A stretch of 64,000 nucleotides of DNA from positions 6,579 through 70,578 of the forward strand of contig JBPOIK010000079.1 in the NCBI GenBank assembly GCA_052034525.1. The letters run 5' to 3'. The position numbers and the translations under genes are program-made. Source of the DNA: Planctomycetota bacterium (GTDB lineage Bacteria > Planctomycetota > Phycisphaerae > UBA1845). The notes beneath the pieces are model-generated. The model saw nothing but the letters and a program-made list of their open reading frames with translations, was not told where the DNA came from and did not search any database. This document shows, one piece after another, positions 1 through 9,133 of the stretch; within the stretch, counting starts at the first letter, position 1, and each line of letters starts with the position of its first letter.

Positions 1-366
1 GTGAACACCGGCGCGCTGGGCGATCATGTGCTCGGCCGTCTCAGCTCGCTGGGCCGCGGACAGGCCAACGACATTCACAGCGGCAACTACCACAACGCCC
101 AGCGGATTCTGCGCAAAGCGCAGGAGCAGATCGCCAGCCTCCGCGGACGCATCGGCGCGTTTCAGAAGGACACGCTGGAAACGACGATCAACAGCCTGCT
201 GATCGCCTTCGAGAACACCGCCGCCGCGGAAAGCGCCATCCGTGACGCCGACTTCGCAGTGGAGAGCAGCTCGATGACGCGGGCCCAGATTCTGGTCCAG
301 TCGAACCTGGCCAGCCTGAAAATGGCGAACCAGCTCCCGCAGAACGCGCTGTCGCTGCTGTCCTGA
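1..366 (+). CDS. fliC: Flagellin, C-terminal part (5' end outside window)
   Basis: The frame is open from base 1 to the TGA at 364-366. The translation ...IASLRGRIGAFQKDTLETTINSL...AESAIRDADFAVESSSMTRAQILVQSNLASLKMANQLPQNALSLLS is the conserved flagellin C-terminal helical domain. It is paralogous to the C-terminus of the next gene. Confidence 0.9.
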   Translation: MNTGALGDHVLGRLSSLGRGQANDIHSGNYHNAQRILRKAQEQIASLRGRIGAFQKDTLETTINSLLIAFENTAAAESAIRDADFAVESSSMTRAQILVQSNLASLKMANQLPQNALSLLS

Positions 367-401
367 CGCCGCCACTTCCGTCGTCCGGACATTCGTGCCC
401 G

Positions 402-450
402 GATCCGCCCGTCGGTCGGACCTTGCCCGACCGGCGGGCGGATCCTTTTT
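402..450 (+). terminator. Rho-independent terminator after the first flagellin gene
   Basis: Near-perfect 18-bp GC-rich inverted repeat (GATCCGCCCGTCGGTCGG ... CCGACCGGCGGGCGGATC) with a 7-nt loop, followed by CTTTTT. It lies about 36 nt after the stop codon. Confidence 0.8.
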
Positions 451-526
451 GACGCCCGTTCGTCCGTTATCGGTCCGGGCCGCCGTCCCATAAGCCGCCG
501 ACGTTCCTATCGGACGGGAATTAAGT

Positions 527-554
527 AAAGGCCGCGCATGGCCGGGACGAAATG
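527..554 (+). promoter_or_regulatory. Possible sigma-28 (FliA)-type promoter for the second flagellin
   Basis: TAAA (527-530), a 16-nt spacer, then GACGAAAT (547-554), compared with the consensus TAAA-N15-GCCGATAA. The spacing matches the better fliD promoter downstream. The -10 match is only partial. Confidence 0.35.
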
Positions 555-714
555 CGCATTGCGGTTCGGAGTCCGCGACCGTCTCTGGCGAAGGGCGCAC
601 GGACGCGGTGGATGGCGAAGATGATCCGGACTCCGCTCGGCGTTCTGATCGTGCATGGCCGCACGATCGCGGGCAATCGATGCCAGGCGTGCCCGCTTTG
701 TCAGGGAGGATGCC

Positions 715-2133
715 ATGACTCGCATCAACACGAATGTCCCGGCCATCGTGGCCATGGGACGCTTCCGCACGAACACCGACGACCTGTACATCCGGCTGGA
801 GCGGCTTTCGACCGGCCTGCGGATCAACCGCGGCAAGGACGATCCGGCGGGACTGATCGCCTCCGAAGGGCTGCGCAAGGAGATGCGGGGGCTGCAGGCG
901 GCCATCAACAACACGCAGCGGGCGATCAACGTCATCTCAGTTGCGGAAGGCTCGCTGAACGAGGTGTCCGCCCTGCTGCTGGATCTCAAGGCCCTCGTTC
1001 TGGACATCGCCAACGAAGGCGCCGTGTCGGACGAAGAGGTCTACGCGGACCAGCTCGAGATCGACGCCATCCTCTCCAGCATCGATCGGATCGCCAACAC
1101 CACCACATTTGCCGGCAAAAAACTGCTGAACGGAGCCATGGGCTATCAGATCAGCGGCATCAACACGGCGCAGATCGCCCACACCAGCGTCTACGCGGCA
1201 CAGGTCACCGAGGGCGGAGCCAAGCAGGTGGTGCTGGAAGTGCAGTCGGCGGCGGAACTGGCGCACCTGGCCTTCGCGGCAGCGAGCACCAGCGCCACCA
1301 CGGTGGAGGTCGCCGGCCGACTGGGCGTGGACATTCTCTCGTTCCAGTCCGGCGCCACCCAGGCCGACATCGCGCAGGCCATCAACGGGATCACCGATTC
1401 GACCGGCGTACGGGCGATCCTCTCCACGGACGGACAACTGCACCTGCTGAGCACGGAATTCGGAAGCGACGCGTTCATCAGCGTGCGCTCCGTCACCGGC
1501 ACCTTCATGAACACGACCGCCGCAGGCACGACCACGCGCGACGTGGGGTTCGACCCGATCGTCATTGTGAACGGGCAGCTCGCCAACACCCGGGGGCTGC
1601 GCGTCGACACCCGGACGCAGGGACTCGAGGCCCGCTTCTACCTGACCTCCGGCTTCGCCACGGATACCAGCACGTCGACCTTCCATATCACCGGCGGCGG
1701 GGCCCTGTTTCAGATCACGCCGCAGGTGAACCTCCAGGGGCAGCTCCAGATCGGAATCGACTCCATCTCGACGGCCAACCTGGGCAACACGGTCACCCGG
1801 TTCCTCAGCGACATCCGCAGCGGCGGGGCCTTCGAAGTGGCCCGCGGCCATTACATGAAGGCCGAGGAGATCATCACCGAGGCCATCAACCAGATCGCCA
1901 GTCTCCGCGGACGGCTGGGGGCCGTCCAGAAACAGAAGATGGAGACGAACATCAACAGCCAGCAGATCGCCTACGAAAACGTGACCGCCAGCGAGTCGGC
2001 CATCCGCGACGCCGACTACGCGGTGGAGGTCTCGGCCCTGACGCGGGCCCAGATCCTCATCCAGGGCACGCAGCTCACCCTGAACGTCGCCCAGCAGGTG
2101 CCCCAGACCGCCCTGAGCCTGCTCGGCGGCTGA
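715..2133 (+). CDS. fliC: Flagellin
   Basis: Lies within ORF 655..2133. The ATG at 715 is preceded by AGGGAGGA and gives MTRINTNVPAIVAMGRFRTN..., a canonical flagellin N-terminus. The C-terminus ...ESAIRDADYAVEVSALTRAQILIQGTQLTLNVAQQVPQTALSLLGG is the flagellin C-domain. Confidence 0.95.
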   Translation: MTRINTNVPAIVAMGRFRTNTDDLYIRLERLSTGLRINRGKDDPAGLIASEGLRKEMRGLQAAINNTQRAINVISVAEGSLNEVSALLLDLKALVLDIANEGAVSDEEVYADQLEIDAILSSIDRIANTTTFAGKKLLNGAMGYQISGINTAQIAHTSVYAAQVTEGGAKQVVLEVQSAAELAHLAFAAASTSATTVEVAGRLGVDILSFQSGATQADIAQAINGITDSTGVRAILSTDGQLHLLSTEFGSDAFISVRSVTGTFMNTTAAGTTTRDVGFDPIVIVNGQLANTRGLRVDTRTQGLEARFYLTSGFATDTSTSTFHITGGGALFQITPQVNLQGQLQIGIDSISTANLGNTVTRFLSDIRSGGAFEVARGHYMKAEEIITEAINQIASLRGRLGAVQKQKMETNINSQQIAYENVTASESAIRDADYAVEVSALTRAQILIQGTQLTLNVAQQVPQTALSLLGG

Positions 2134-2184
2134 CGACCCTCCGGGCTGGATCTCGCGGCGGCCCGGCCGTTCCGGCGCCGGATC

Positions 2185-2212
2185 TAAGGGTCGCCTGTCT
2201 ATGTGCCGATAA
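2185..2212 (+). promoter_or_regulatory. Sigma-28 (FliA)-type promoter upstream of fliD
   Basis: TAAG (2185-2188), a 16-nt spacer, then a perfect GCCGATAA -10 element (2205-2212). It sits 69 nt upstream of the fliD ATG. Confidence 0.6.
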
Positions 2213-2280
2213 AACGGTGATTTCCGCGGACGCCGCGCGCCCGACGCCCGGCGGTCCGGATCGCCAAGGAGCCTGCAGCC

Positions 2281-5200
2281 ATGAGCGGCATCTCGTCCAG
2301 CGTCGGCCTGATTTCCGGACTGAACACGCAGAATCTCATCGACCAACTCATCCAGATCCAGTCCAAGCCGCTCCAACTGCTCAAACAGCGGGTGTCGGAT
2401 CTGCAGACGCAGCGGACGGCCTATATGGACCTGTCCGCCCGCCTGCTGGCGGTGAAGAACATCGTCAGCCGCTTCGCCACCAGCGCCTTCTTCCAGACCT
2501 ACAGAACTCAATCGAGCGACGAATCGATCATGACCGCCACGGCCGGCGCCGGTGCGCTGCCCGGCACCTATCAGTTCCGCGTCCACTCGCTGGTGAGCAA
2601 CCATCAGCTCATCGGGCAGGGGTTCGCCGATCCCGACACCACGCCGGTGGGGGCCGGCCGGCTGACAATCGAGATCGGCCATGGACAGCTCAACCCGGCC
2701 ACCGAGATCGACAGCCTGCGGGGCGGACAAGGCATCCGTCGCGGCGTCTTCACCATCACCGACGGCGCCGGCGGAACGGCCCGGATCAGTCTGCGGGCCG
2801 CGGTGCTGGTGGACGACATCATTGACGCCATCAACAGCCAGACGGACGCCGCCGTCCGGGCGTCGGTGTCCGGCGACCGCATCGTGATCGAAGATCTGTC
2901 CGGCGGGGCCGGACCGCTCCAGATCGCCGACCAGACCGGCGGATCTTCGGCCCGGGACCTGGGCCTGCTCGGCTCCAGCACGACCGGCCGGATCGAGAGC
3001 GCCGACCTGATCAACCTGGTGGACTCCACCCTGCTCTCGGTGCTCAACGACGGCAACGGCGTGCGCCGCAACAGCCTCTCCACCAGCGGCGATTTCCGCA
3101 TCACCACCGGCGGAGGCGCGTCTTTCGTTGTGTCGCTTTCCGACTTCCTGCAGTCCACCACCCGGCTGGAGCAGCTCAACAGCGGCAACGGCGTGCGAAT
3201 GGACGACGGTTCCGGCAACCCGCCGGGCATCATCCGCATCACGGACCGCAGCGGGCGGTCGGCCGAGGTGGACCTCTCCGGCGCCCGGACCATTCAGGAC
3301 GTTCTGAACCGGATCAACGACGCCGACGTGGGCGTGCGGGCCATCTATGTCAGCTCGCACCTCCAGATCAGCGACACGACGGATACGCCGGCCGATGCGG
3401 CGACCCATTTCAAGATCGAGGACGTCAGCGGGTTCGCCGCCCGCGACCTGGGCATCGCCGCGGATGTCGACAAGGATTACATCAGCGGGTCGGACATCTT
3501 CCGCATCAACACCGTCGGAGACGTGATCCGGGCCATCCACTACGCTGCAGGCAACGACGACGGCTCCGGATGGCCGCTGGTCAGCGCGTCTGTGGACGAC
3601 AACGGCCTGCGGCTGGAGGACAACAACATCGGCGGTGGCGGCATTACGGTCGAGGCTCTGGCTGACGCCGAGGGCGTGCTGTCCCGCGCGGCCGCGGATC
3701 TGGGCCTGGAAGGTGCGTTCACCGGGCAGACCGTCCGGTCACGCGACCTGATCGCCGGGTTGAACACCGTGCTGCTGAATTCGCTCAACGGCGGACGCGG
3801 TGTGAGCCTGGGCAGCATCGCCATCACCGACCGGCTGGGCAACCGCTCCACCTATGACCTGCGCGGGGCCCAGACCGTGCAGAACGTGCTGGACATCATC
3901 AACAGCACCGCCGGCGGAGCGAACGTCACCGCCCGTATCAACCCCGCCGGCAACGGCATCGAAATCGTCGACGAAACCGGTTCCGACATCGGAACGATCG
4001 TCGTCGAGGAAAGCGGAGGCACCACCGCGGCGGACCTGGGCCTGCTGGGCTCTGCCGCCGGACCCAGCCTCATCGGACGCAACACGCAGCTCCGCTACGT
4101 CTCCGAAGCCACGCGCCTGGAAGACATGAACCACGGCCAGGGCGTGCGAACGGGCCGATTCAAAATTACCAACAGCCGCGGCGCCGCCGTCACCGTCAAC
4201 GTCACCCAGAATCAGAAGACGCTCGGCGACATCATCCGGCTGATCAACTCGTACTCCGACGTGATCCAGGTTACCGCGGCCATCAACCCCGACGGCGACG
4301 GCCTGCTCCTGACGGACGCGGCCGGCGGGACCCAGGCGCTCAAGGTCACCGACCAGGAAGGCGGCGCCGCTGCCGACCTCCGCATCGCCGGCGAAGCGGC
4401 CGCCGGACAGACCTTCATCGACGGCACGATGGAGATCACCGTCGAAATCGACGCCGACGATACCCTCAAAGACGTGGTCGCCAAACTCAACAACGCGGAC
4501 CCGAACCTGGCGGCCTCCGTGGTGAATGACGGATCGCAGACCAGCCCCTACCGGCTGAGCATCTCCTCCCAGGTCTCCGGCAGACGCGGACACCTGGTTT
4601 TCGACGTGGGCAACAGCGGTCTGGTCGTGGACACTCTCGTACAGGCCCGCGACGCGGTCTTTTTCCTCGGAGACGGCCAGAGCAACAACCCCGTGGTAGT
4701 CTCCAGCCCGACGAACTCGGTGGCCAACGTCATCCCCGGCGTGACCCTGAATCTGCTGGGAGTCTCCGAGGAGCCGGTCAGCCTGAACGTCGCGCAGGAC
4801 ATCGACAAAATTGCCACCGACCTCAAGGGCTTCGTGACCAAGTACAACGACGTGCTGACCCGGATCGACGACTACACGGAGTTCGACGCCGACACGAAAG
4901 TCCGCGGCGTGCTGCTGGGCGACGTGACGGTCCGCCGCATCCAGGACCGGCTGAACCGTTCCGTCATGAGGGCGTATGCGTCCGGGTCGGCCGGCCTCAA
5001 CCGTCTGGCGGACGTGGGCATCCAGTATCGCAACGGCCGGCTGGAGTTCAACGAGGACAAGTTCCGCCAGGTCTATCGCGACAACCCCCGGCTTGTCGAA
5101 CAGCTCTTCACCGACAAGGAGAACGGCATCGGGGCGGCCATGAACGAGATCCTGGACGAACTGACCAAGTCGTCCGAAGGGCTGATCGACCGGGCCGCCG

Positions 5201-5373
5201 CCACGCTCCAGACCCGGGAGGACGATCTGAACAAGCGCATGACTTCCATGCAGGCCCTGCTCGACGGACAGCGCAGCCGGCTGGAACGCCAGTTCCAGGG
5301 CCTGGAATCCGCCCTGGCCAACCTCAGCGCCCAGCAGACCGCCCTGGCGGCCCTGTCGGCACGTCAGTCCTAG
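2281..5373 (+). CDS. fliD: Flagellar filament cap protein FliD (HAP2), unusually long (1030 aa) with internal tandem repeats
   Basis: The N-terminus MSGISSSVGLISGLNTQNLIDQLIQIQSKPLQLLKQRVSDLQTQRTAYMDLSARL and the C-terminal heptad region (...LDGQRSRLERQFQGLESALANLSAQQTALAAL) are typical of FliD. AAGGAG lies upstream of the ATG. The position after the flagellins and before fliS also fits. Confidence 0.9.
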   Translation: MSGISSSVGLISGLNTQNLIDQLIQIQSKPLQLLKQRVSDLQTQRTAYMDLSARLLAVKNIVSRFATSAFFQTYRTQSSDESIMTATAGAGALPGTYQFRVHSLVSNHQLIGQGFADPDTTPVGAGRLTIEIGHGQLNPATEIDSLRGGQGIRRGVFTITDGAGGTARISLRAAVLVDDIIDAINSQTDAAVRASVSGDRIVIEDLSGGAGPLQIADQTGGSSARDLGLLGSSTTGRIESADLINLVDSTLLSVLNDGNGVRRNSLSTSGDFRITTGGGASFVVSLSDFLQSTTRLEQLNSGNGVRMDDGSGNPPGIIRITDRSGRSAEVDLSGARTIQDVLNRINDADVGVRAIYVSSHLQISDTTDTPADAATHFKIEDVSGFAARDLGIAADVDKDYISGSDIFRINTVGDVIRAIHYAAGNDDGSGWPLVSASVDDNGLRLEDNNIGGGGITVEALADAEGVLSRAAADLGLEGAFTGQTVRSRDLIAGLNTVLLNSLNGGRGVSLGSIAITDRLGNRSTYDLRGAQTVQNVLDIINSTAGGANVTARINPAGNGIEIVDETGSDIGTIVVEESGGTTAADLGLLGSAAGPSLIGRNTQLRYVSEATRLEDMNHGQGVRTGRFKITNSRGAAVTVNVTQNQKTLGDIIRLINSYSDVIQVTAAINPDGDGLLLTDAAGGTQALKVTDQEGGAAADLRIAGEAAAGQTFIDGTMEITVEIDADDTLKDVVAKLNNADPNLAASVVNDGSQTSPYRLSISSQVSGRRGHLVFDVGNSGLVVDTLVQARDAVFFLGDGQSNNPVVVSSPTNSVANVIPGVTLNLLGVSEEPVSLNVAQDIDKIATDLKGFVTKYNDVLTRIDDYTEFDADTKVRGVLLGDVTVRRIQDRLNRSVMRAYASGSAGLNRLADVGIQYRNGRLEFNEDKFRQVYRDNPRLVEQLFTDKENGIGAAMNEILDELTKSSEGLIDRAAATLQTREDDLNKRMTSMQALLDGQRSRLERQFQGLESALANLSAQQTALAALSARQS

Positions 5374-5446
5374 TCCCGGGTTATCAGCCCTGCCGCCGGG
5401 TTTTTTGGTCAATTCGACCCCGGCGGAATCCGATGTACGAACCGGA

Positions 5447-5968
5447 ATGTCCGCCGGCACCCCCAATTCGTACCTTCGCAACGCGGTCATGACGGCCTCC
5501 CCGGAGCAGCTTCACCTGATGCTCTACGACGGGGCGATCCGGTTCAGCCTTCAGGCCCGGGATGCCATCGAGGCACGCGATTACGAAACGTCTTATAACA
5601 AGCTGTCCCGGGCCCAGGCGATCATCCTGGAAATGCAGAGCGGGTTGCGACCGGAGGTCAACCGCGAGCTGTGCGAGCGGATGGCCGCCATCTATTCGTT
5701 CATCTATCGCAAGCTGGTGGACGCCAGCGTACACCACAGCGTCAGCGACCTGGACGACGCCCTCAAAATTCTCCGCTATCAGCGGGAGACCTGGGTCATG
5801 CTGATCGACAAGGTCAATCAGACGCGGGCGGAACAGGGATCGGCGGGTGCGGACGAGGCGCCTGACGCGAAGCCGGGCCCCTCCCCTAAAACCCCGGCCG
5901 CCCCGGCAAAGCCCCAGCCGGTGGGGGAAGCGGCGTCCGCGGGCTCCACCTTCTCTGTTGAGGGATGA
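5447..5968 (+). CDS. fliS: Flagellar export chaperone FliS with a Pro/Ala-rich C-terminal tail
   Basis: ...NAVMTASPEQLHLMLYDGAIRFSLQARDAIEARDYETSYNKLSRAQAIILEMQSGL...YSFIYRKLVDA matches the FliS four-helix family pattern. The ATG at 5447 was chosen; the ORF track starts at TTG 5405. The gene lies immediately downstream of fliD. Confidence 0.85.
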   Translation: MSAGTPNSYLRNAVMTASPEQLHLMLYDGAIRFSLQARDAIEARDYETSYNKLSRAQAIILEMQSGLRPEVNRELCERMAAIYSFIYRKLVDASVHHSVSDLDDALKILRYQRETWVMLIDKVNQTRAEQGSAGADEAPDAKPGPSPKTPAAPAKPQPVGEAASAGSTFSVEG

Positions 5969-6099
5969 TCGGGGCGGGAAGCGTGCCTGTGTCCCTGTCT
6001 TCCGCTTGACCGCAGCACCCGGGATCGCGACCATTGACCCGTCTTGGACGCCGCGATGGAGTACGTTCTGGCGTTCGGAGAAGGTTTGGAGGTCCGCGC

Positions 6100-7215
6100 A
6101 TGAACCATCCCTTGCTGCTGTGGCTGCCGGCTTTGGCCGGGTGGCTGTTGATCGGTTCACCCGCTCTGCTCGTCGCACAGACGGCGGACACACCGGACGC
6201 CGCGCCGCCCGGCGCGACCGGCGCCGCGCCTTCCATCTCCCAGAGCCTTGACCAGGCCTCCGCCGAAATCACGGCTGCCGAGGAGGCCATCGAAAGCGGT
6301 CGCGGCGAGTGGCAGCCGCGTGCCCGGAAGGCAAAGGAGCTGGCGAGCTACGTCTTGTCCGTCGAGCCCTTGAATCCGCGAGCCCAGTTCGTTCTCGGAC
6401 GGGTGCTGCTGCTGGAGGGTCGGGCCCGGGAGGCGATGGATTACATCACCAAATACACCCAGGATCCGCGGGAAGGTCAGTTTGACTGGCTCGGCTTCAA
6501 GCTGCTGGGCGACGTTCTGGCGGAGGGCAAGTATTACGAGCTGGCCGAATCGAAGTACCTCCAGGCCCTCCAACTCAACCGACAGGAACCGAGCATTTTC
6601 TTCGGGTTGGCCACGGTCCGAGCCAACCGCAAGATGTACAAGGAGGCCGCCGACAACGCCCGCCAGGGCATTACGCTGCAGTCGCCGCCGCGGGCCAAAT
6701 ACCACGCGCTGCTGGCCCGGATTCTCCTGGAAACCCTCAAGGACGCCACGACGGACCCGCAAACCAAGCTGAAAAACCTCGCGGAAGCACAGGCCGAAGC
6801 ACGGCGCGCCGTGGAACTGATTCGTGAGCGTGTCCGCGAAAGCCCCGGTGAGGTGACCCGCCTGGGCCAGTTGAGCAACCTGCTGAGCCTGCAGCGGACC
6901 GTGGAAGAGACCCGTCTGAGCCTCTATCCGGAGCAGGCCGAGACGTACCTGGCCATCGCCCGGATCGTGCAGGACCAGGCCGACCTGGCCCGCCTGAACG
7001 CCTATCACCAGGCGATCAGCGTTCTGGAACGCGGCATCGAGCAGACGGGCGCGAACGCACCGCCGGAACTGCTCTACGAGGCCGCCCGCCTGATGTATGC
7101 CGTGGGACGAATCGAGGACGCCCGGACCACCCTGACAACACTGCTGGAAAAAGACCCCAGCCACGCGGAAGGCCGGGCCCTGCTGGAGCGCCTGGGCGAA
7201 CCGCCGGCCCCGTAA
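6100..7215 (+). CDS. Secreted TPR-repeat protein
   Basis: The ATG at 6100 follows GGAGGT and gives a signal-peptide-like MNHPLLLWLPALAGWLLIGSPALLVAQ. The rest has repeated Ala/Leu/Tyr-rich 34-residue-like helical motifs (e.g. GKYYELAESKYLQALQLN, KMYKEAADNARQGITL). Confidence 0.7.
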   Translation: MNHPLLLWLPALAGWLLIGSPALLVAQTADTPDAAPPGATGAAPSISQSLDQASAEITAAEEAIESGRGEWQPRARKAKELASYVLSVEPLNPRAQFVLGRVLLLEGRAREAMDYITKYTQDPREGQFDWLGFKLLGDVLAEGKYYELAESKYLQALQLNRQEPSIFFGLATVRANRKMYKEAADNARQGITLQSPPRAKYHALLARILLETLKDATTDPQTKLKNLAEAQAEARRAVELIRERVRESPGEVTRLGQLSNLLSLQRTVEETRLSLYPEQAETYLAIARIVQDQADLARLNAYHQAISVLERGIEQTGANAPPELLYEAARLMYAVGRIEDARTTLTTLLEKDPSHAEGRALLERLGEPPAP

Positions 7216-7261
7216 CGGAAACCCGGGCCGGCCGAATCCACGGCCCGATCATGAATCTGCC

Positions 7262-7641
7262 ACAGAGCGAAGCGGGCTTGTAAGCCGAATTCTGTTCGAC
7301 GGGACCGCACGAGTCGGCGCCCGCCGGGCGACCATTCATCTGGGCCGGTCGTCGCCGACCGGCTCGAGCACCCTACCCGCGGCTCGTATCGAGGCGGGCC
7401 GCCTCTGGCCGCTGCTTGGGCTTGCTGGCGGTGGGGTTTGCCCTGCCGCGACTGTCACCAGCCGCGCGGTGCGCTCTTACCGCACCTTTTCACCCTTACC
7501 CGAAGGCGGTGTGTTTTCTGTGGCACTTTCCCTCGGCTCGCGCCGGGTTGGTGTTACCAACCACCGTGCCCTGCCCAGTTCGGACTTTCCTCCCATCCGC
7601 GCGAGGCGGATGAGCGGCCGCCACCGCCCGCTTCGCTCATC
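7262..7641 (-). ncRNA. rnpB: RNase P RNA (bacterial type A)
   Basis: The minus strand reads GAGCGAAGCGGGC...GGGAGGAAAGTCCGAAC...GGTAAGGGTGAAAAGGTGCGGTAAGAGCGCACCGCGCGGCTGGT...GGGTAGGGTGCTCGAGCC...CCCAGATGAATGG...ACAGAATTCGGCTTACAAGCCCGCTTCGCTC. This closely parallels the universally conserved blocks of E. coli M1 RNA. The 5' GAGCGAAGCGGGC pairs with the 3' GCCCGCTTCGCTC to form P1. The ends are accurate to within a few nt. Confidence 0.92.
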
Positions 7642-7705
7642 GGGATTATAGGGCCAGGCCGGACACGGTCCACGTGCTGGTTACCGCGGGCCGGAACCGG
7701 TCGCC

Positions 7706-9133
7706 TCACGAAGCGGAGCCGGGAATGCCCGCGCCACCTTCCGCCGGGCGGTTCGACGCGGGCTGGGTGGTTGCGGGCGGAGGCGCAGGCTCCGGATAGG
7801 CCGAGCGATCGGCTTTGATGTCTGCGAGTGTCTCCTGGATCAGGGCCTGCTCCTGCCAGCCGGTGGCGAGTCGAACTCCGCGCTCCGCCGTCTGGATCGC
7901 CTCGTCTTTCTTGCCCAGGGCGTGCAGCAGACGGGCCAGGGTGTCAATCACGCCGATGTCTTTGCCCTCGGTCAGTTGATCGGCCTTGCGGGCGTATTCC
8001 AGGTCGGCCGGCGTGGGCTTGCCGGAGAGATATCCATTCCAGGCGAGAGCATTGTACGTATCGGGTTCGTCCAGCAGCTCGATCAGACGGGCAGCGACCT
8101 TGGCCGCGTCTTGCGTGCGGCCCAACCCCTCCAGTATCTGGTAATAGGACGGCACCGCAAAGAGCCCCATGAGGCGCTCCTCCGGAGGCGCCGCGTCCTT
8201 GGCGGGCACGCCCGCCAGAATCCGATCGACGGTGGCCATGATGTCCAGATCGGCCGCCACCTCCGCGTAGCGCCGGGCGCTCAGCAGTAACGGCAGGGCC
8301 GCCTCCGCAAGCGCCGCCCGGACGGCGGCCGGCGTCTGGGAATCCGCCCGTTTCTTCTCGTACAGAGCCAGGGTCTGCTGGGGCTCCTGAAAGATTTCAT
8401 TGTAGAGGGCAAGGGTCATTATGGCGTCGACATCCGCGCCGCCGTCTTCCACCTTTTTGCGGAGCGCCTGGCGCCGGGACGCCAGTTCGTCCAGCAGCAA
8501 CGGATACTGGTCGTAGAGCATCATCATCATTTCCGAAGCGACGACGGCCCGCATGGCGGAGAGGTTCGGGTGCCGGGCGAAGCCCTGTTCCAGGCACGCG
8601 ATGTACTCGTCGAACGCCATCTTGTACTGGCCCTTGGTCGCGTAGGCGAACGCCAGCTCCTTGCGGATCAGCGGATTGGTGGGGTCTGTTTTGGCGATCT
8701 TTTCCTTGGCCCGGGCAATGGCGTCCTTGCCCTCGGCGATCCCGGCGGCCGCTTCCAGGAACTGCTCGACGGTTACGTAGGTAATCAGGCGGTCGATCTC
8801 CGTGCCGTCGGGCCTGAGGAAGATCAGCGTGGGAAACGACACCACCTTGAACTGTTCAAGAAGCTTGGGATTGTTGTTCTCGTTGACCTTCAGCGCAATG
8901 GTGTTCTTGCCAATCCACTCGATCACCTTGGGATCCTTGAAGGTCGTAGCGTCAAGCATGCGGCAAGGCTGGCACCAGTCGGCATAGAAATCGATGAAAA
9001 CCAGCTTCTTCTCTTTGCCGGCCAGGGCCTTGGCGTCGTCCACGGAGAGGTCTCGGTACAGCTTATCCTGCCCCAGGCTCAGCCCGGCCGTACCCAGCCA
9101 GAACGCGGCTACCAACAGCGTGCGATGTCTCAT
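7706..9133 (-). CDS. Secreted thioredoxin-fold protein with a helical-repeat (TPR-like) C-terminal region
   Basis: Signal-like N-terminus MRHRTLLVAAFWLGTAGLSLGQ. Thioredoxin-fold motif KKLVFIDFYADWCQPCRMLD...VVSFPTLIFL, which includes the WCxxC redox site. The remaining roughly 330 aa are Ala/Leu-rich helical repeats. Confidence 0.8.
   Translation of the reverse strand: MRHRTLLVAAFWLGTAGLSLGQDKLYRDLSVDDAKALAGKEKKLVFIDFYADWCQPCRMLDATTFKDPKVIEWIGKNTIALKVNENNNPKLLEQFKVVSFPTLIFLRPDGTEIDRLITYVTVEQFLEAAAGIAEGKDAIARAKEKIAKTDPTNPLIRKELAFAYATKGQYKMAFDEYIACLEQGFARHPNLSAMRAVVASEMMMMLYDQYPLLLDELASRRQALRKKVEDGGADVDAIMTLALYNEIFQEPQQTLALYEKKRADSQTPAAVRAALAEAALPLLLSARRYAEVAADLDIMATVDRILAGVPAKDAAPPEERLMGLFAVPSYYQILEGLGRTQDAAKVAARLIELLDEPDTYNALAWNGYLSGKPTPADLEYARKADQLTEGKDIGVIDTLARLLHALGKKDEAIQTAERGVRLATGWQEQALIQETLADIKADRSAYPEPAPPPATTQPASNRPAEGGAGIPGSAS

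Noticed and set aside
552-5490. Very long ORFs overlapping the flagellin and fliD genes in other frames or strands: 552..2825(+) 757 aa, 937..3540(-) 867 aa, 3739..5490(-) 583 aa.
   Set aside because: Their translations are Arg/Gly/Pro/Ala/His-rich low-complexity strings with no recognisable motifs. They overlap genes with unmistakable flagellar signatures. These are typical shadow ORFs of GC-rich DNA.
7416-7818. ORFs 7416..7613, 7438..7818 and 7469..7651 on the plus strand.
   Set aside because: They lie on top of the RNase P RNA gene on the minus strand, and their translations have no protein-like features.
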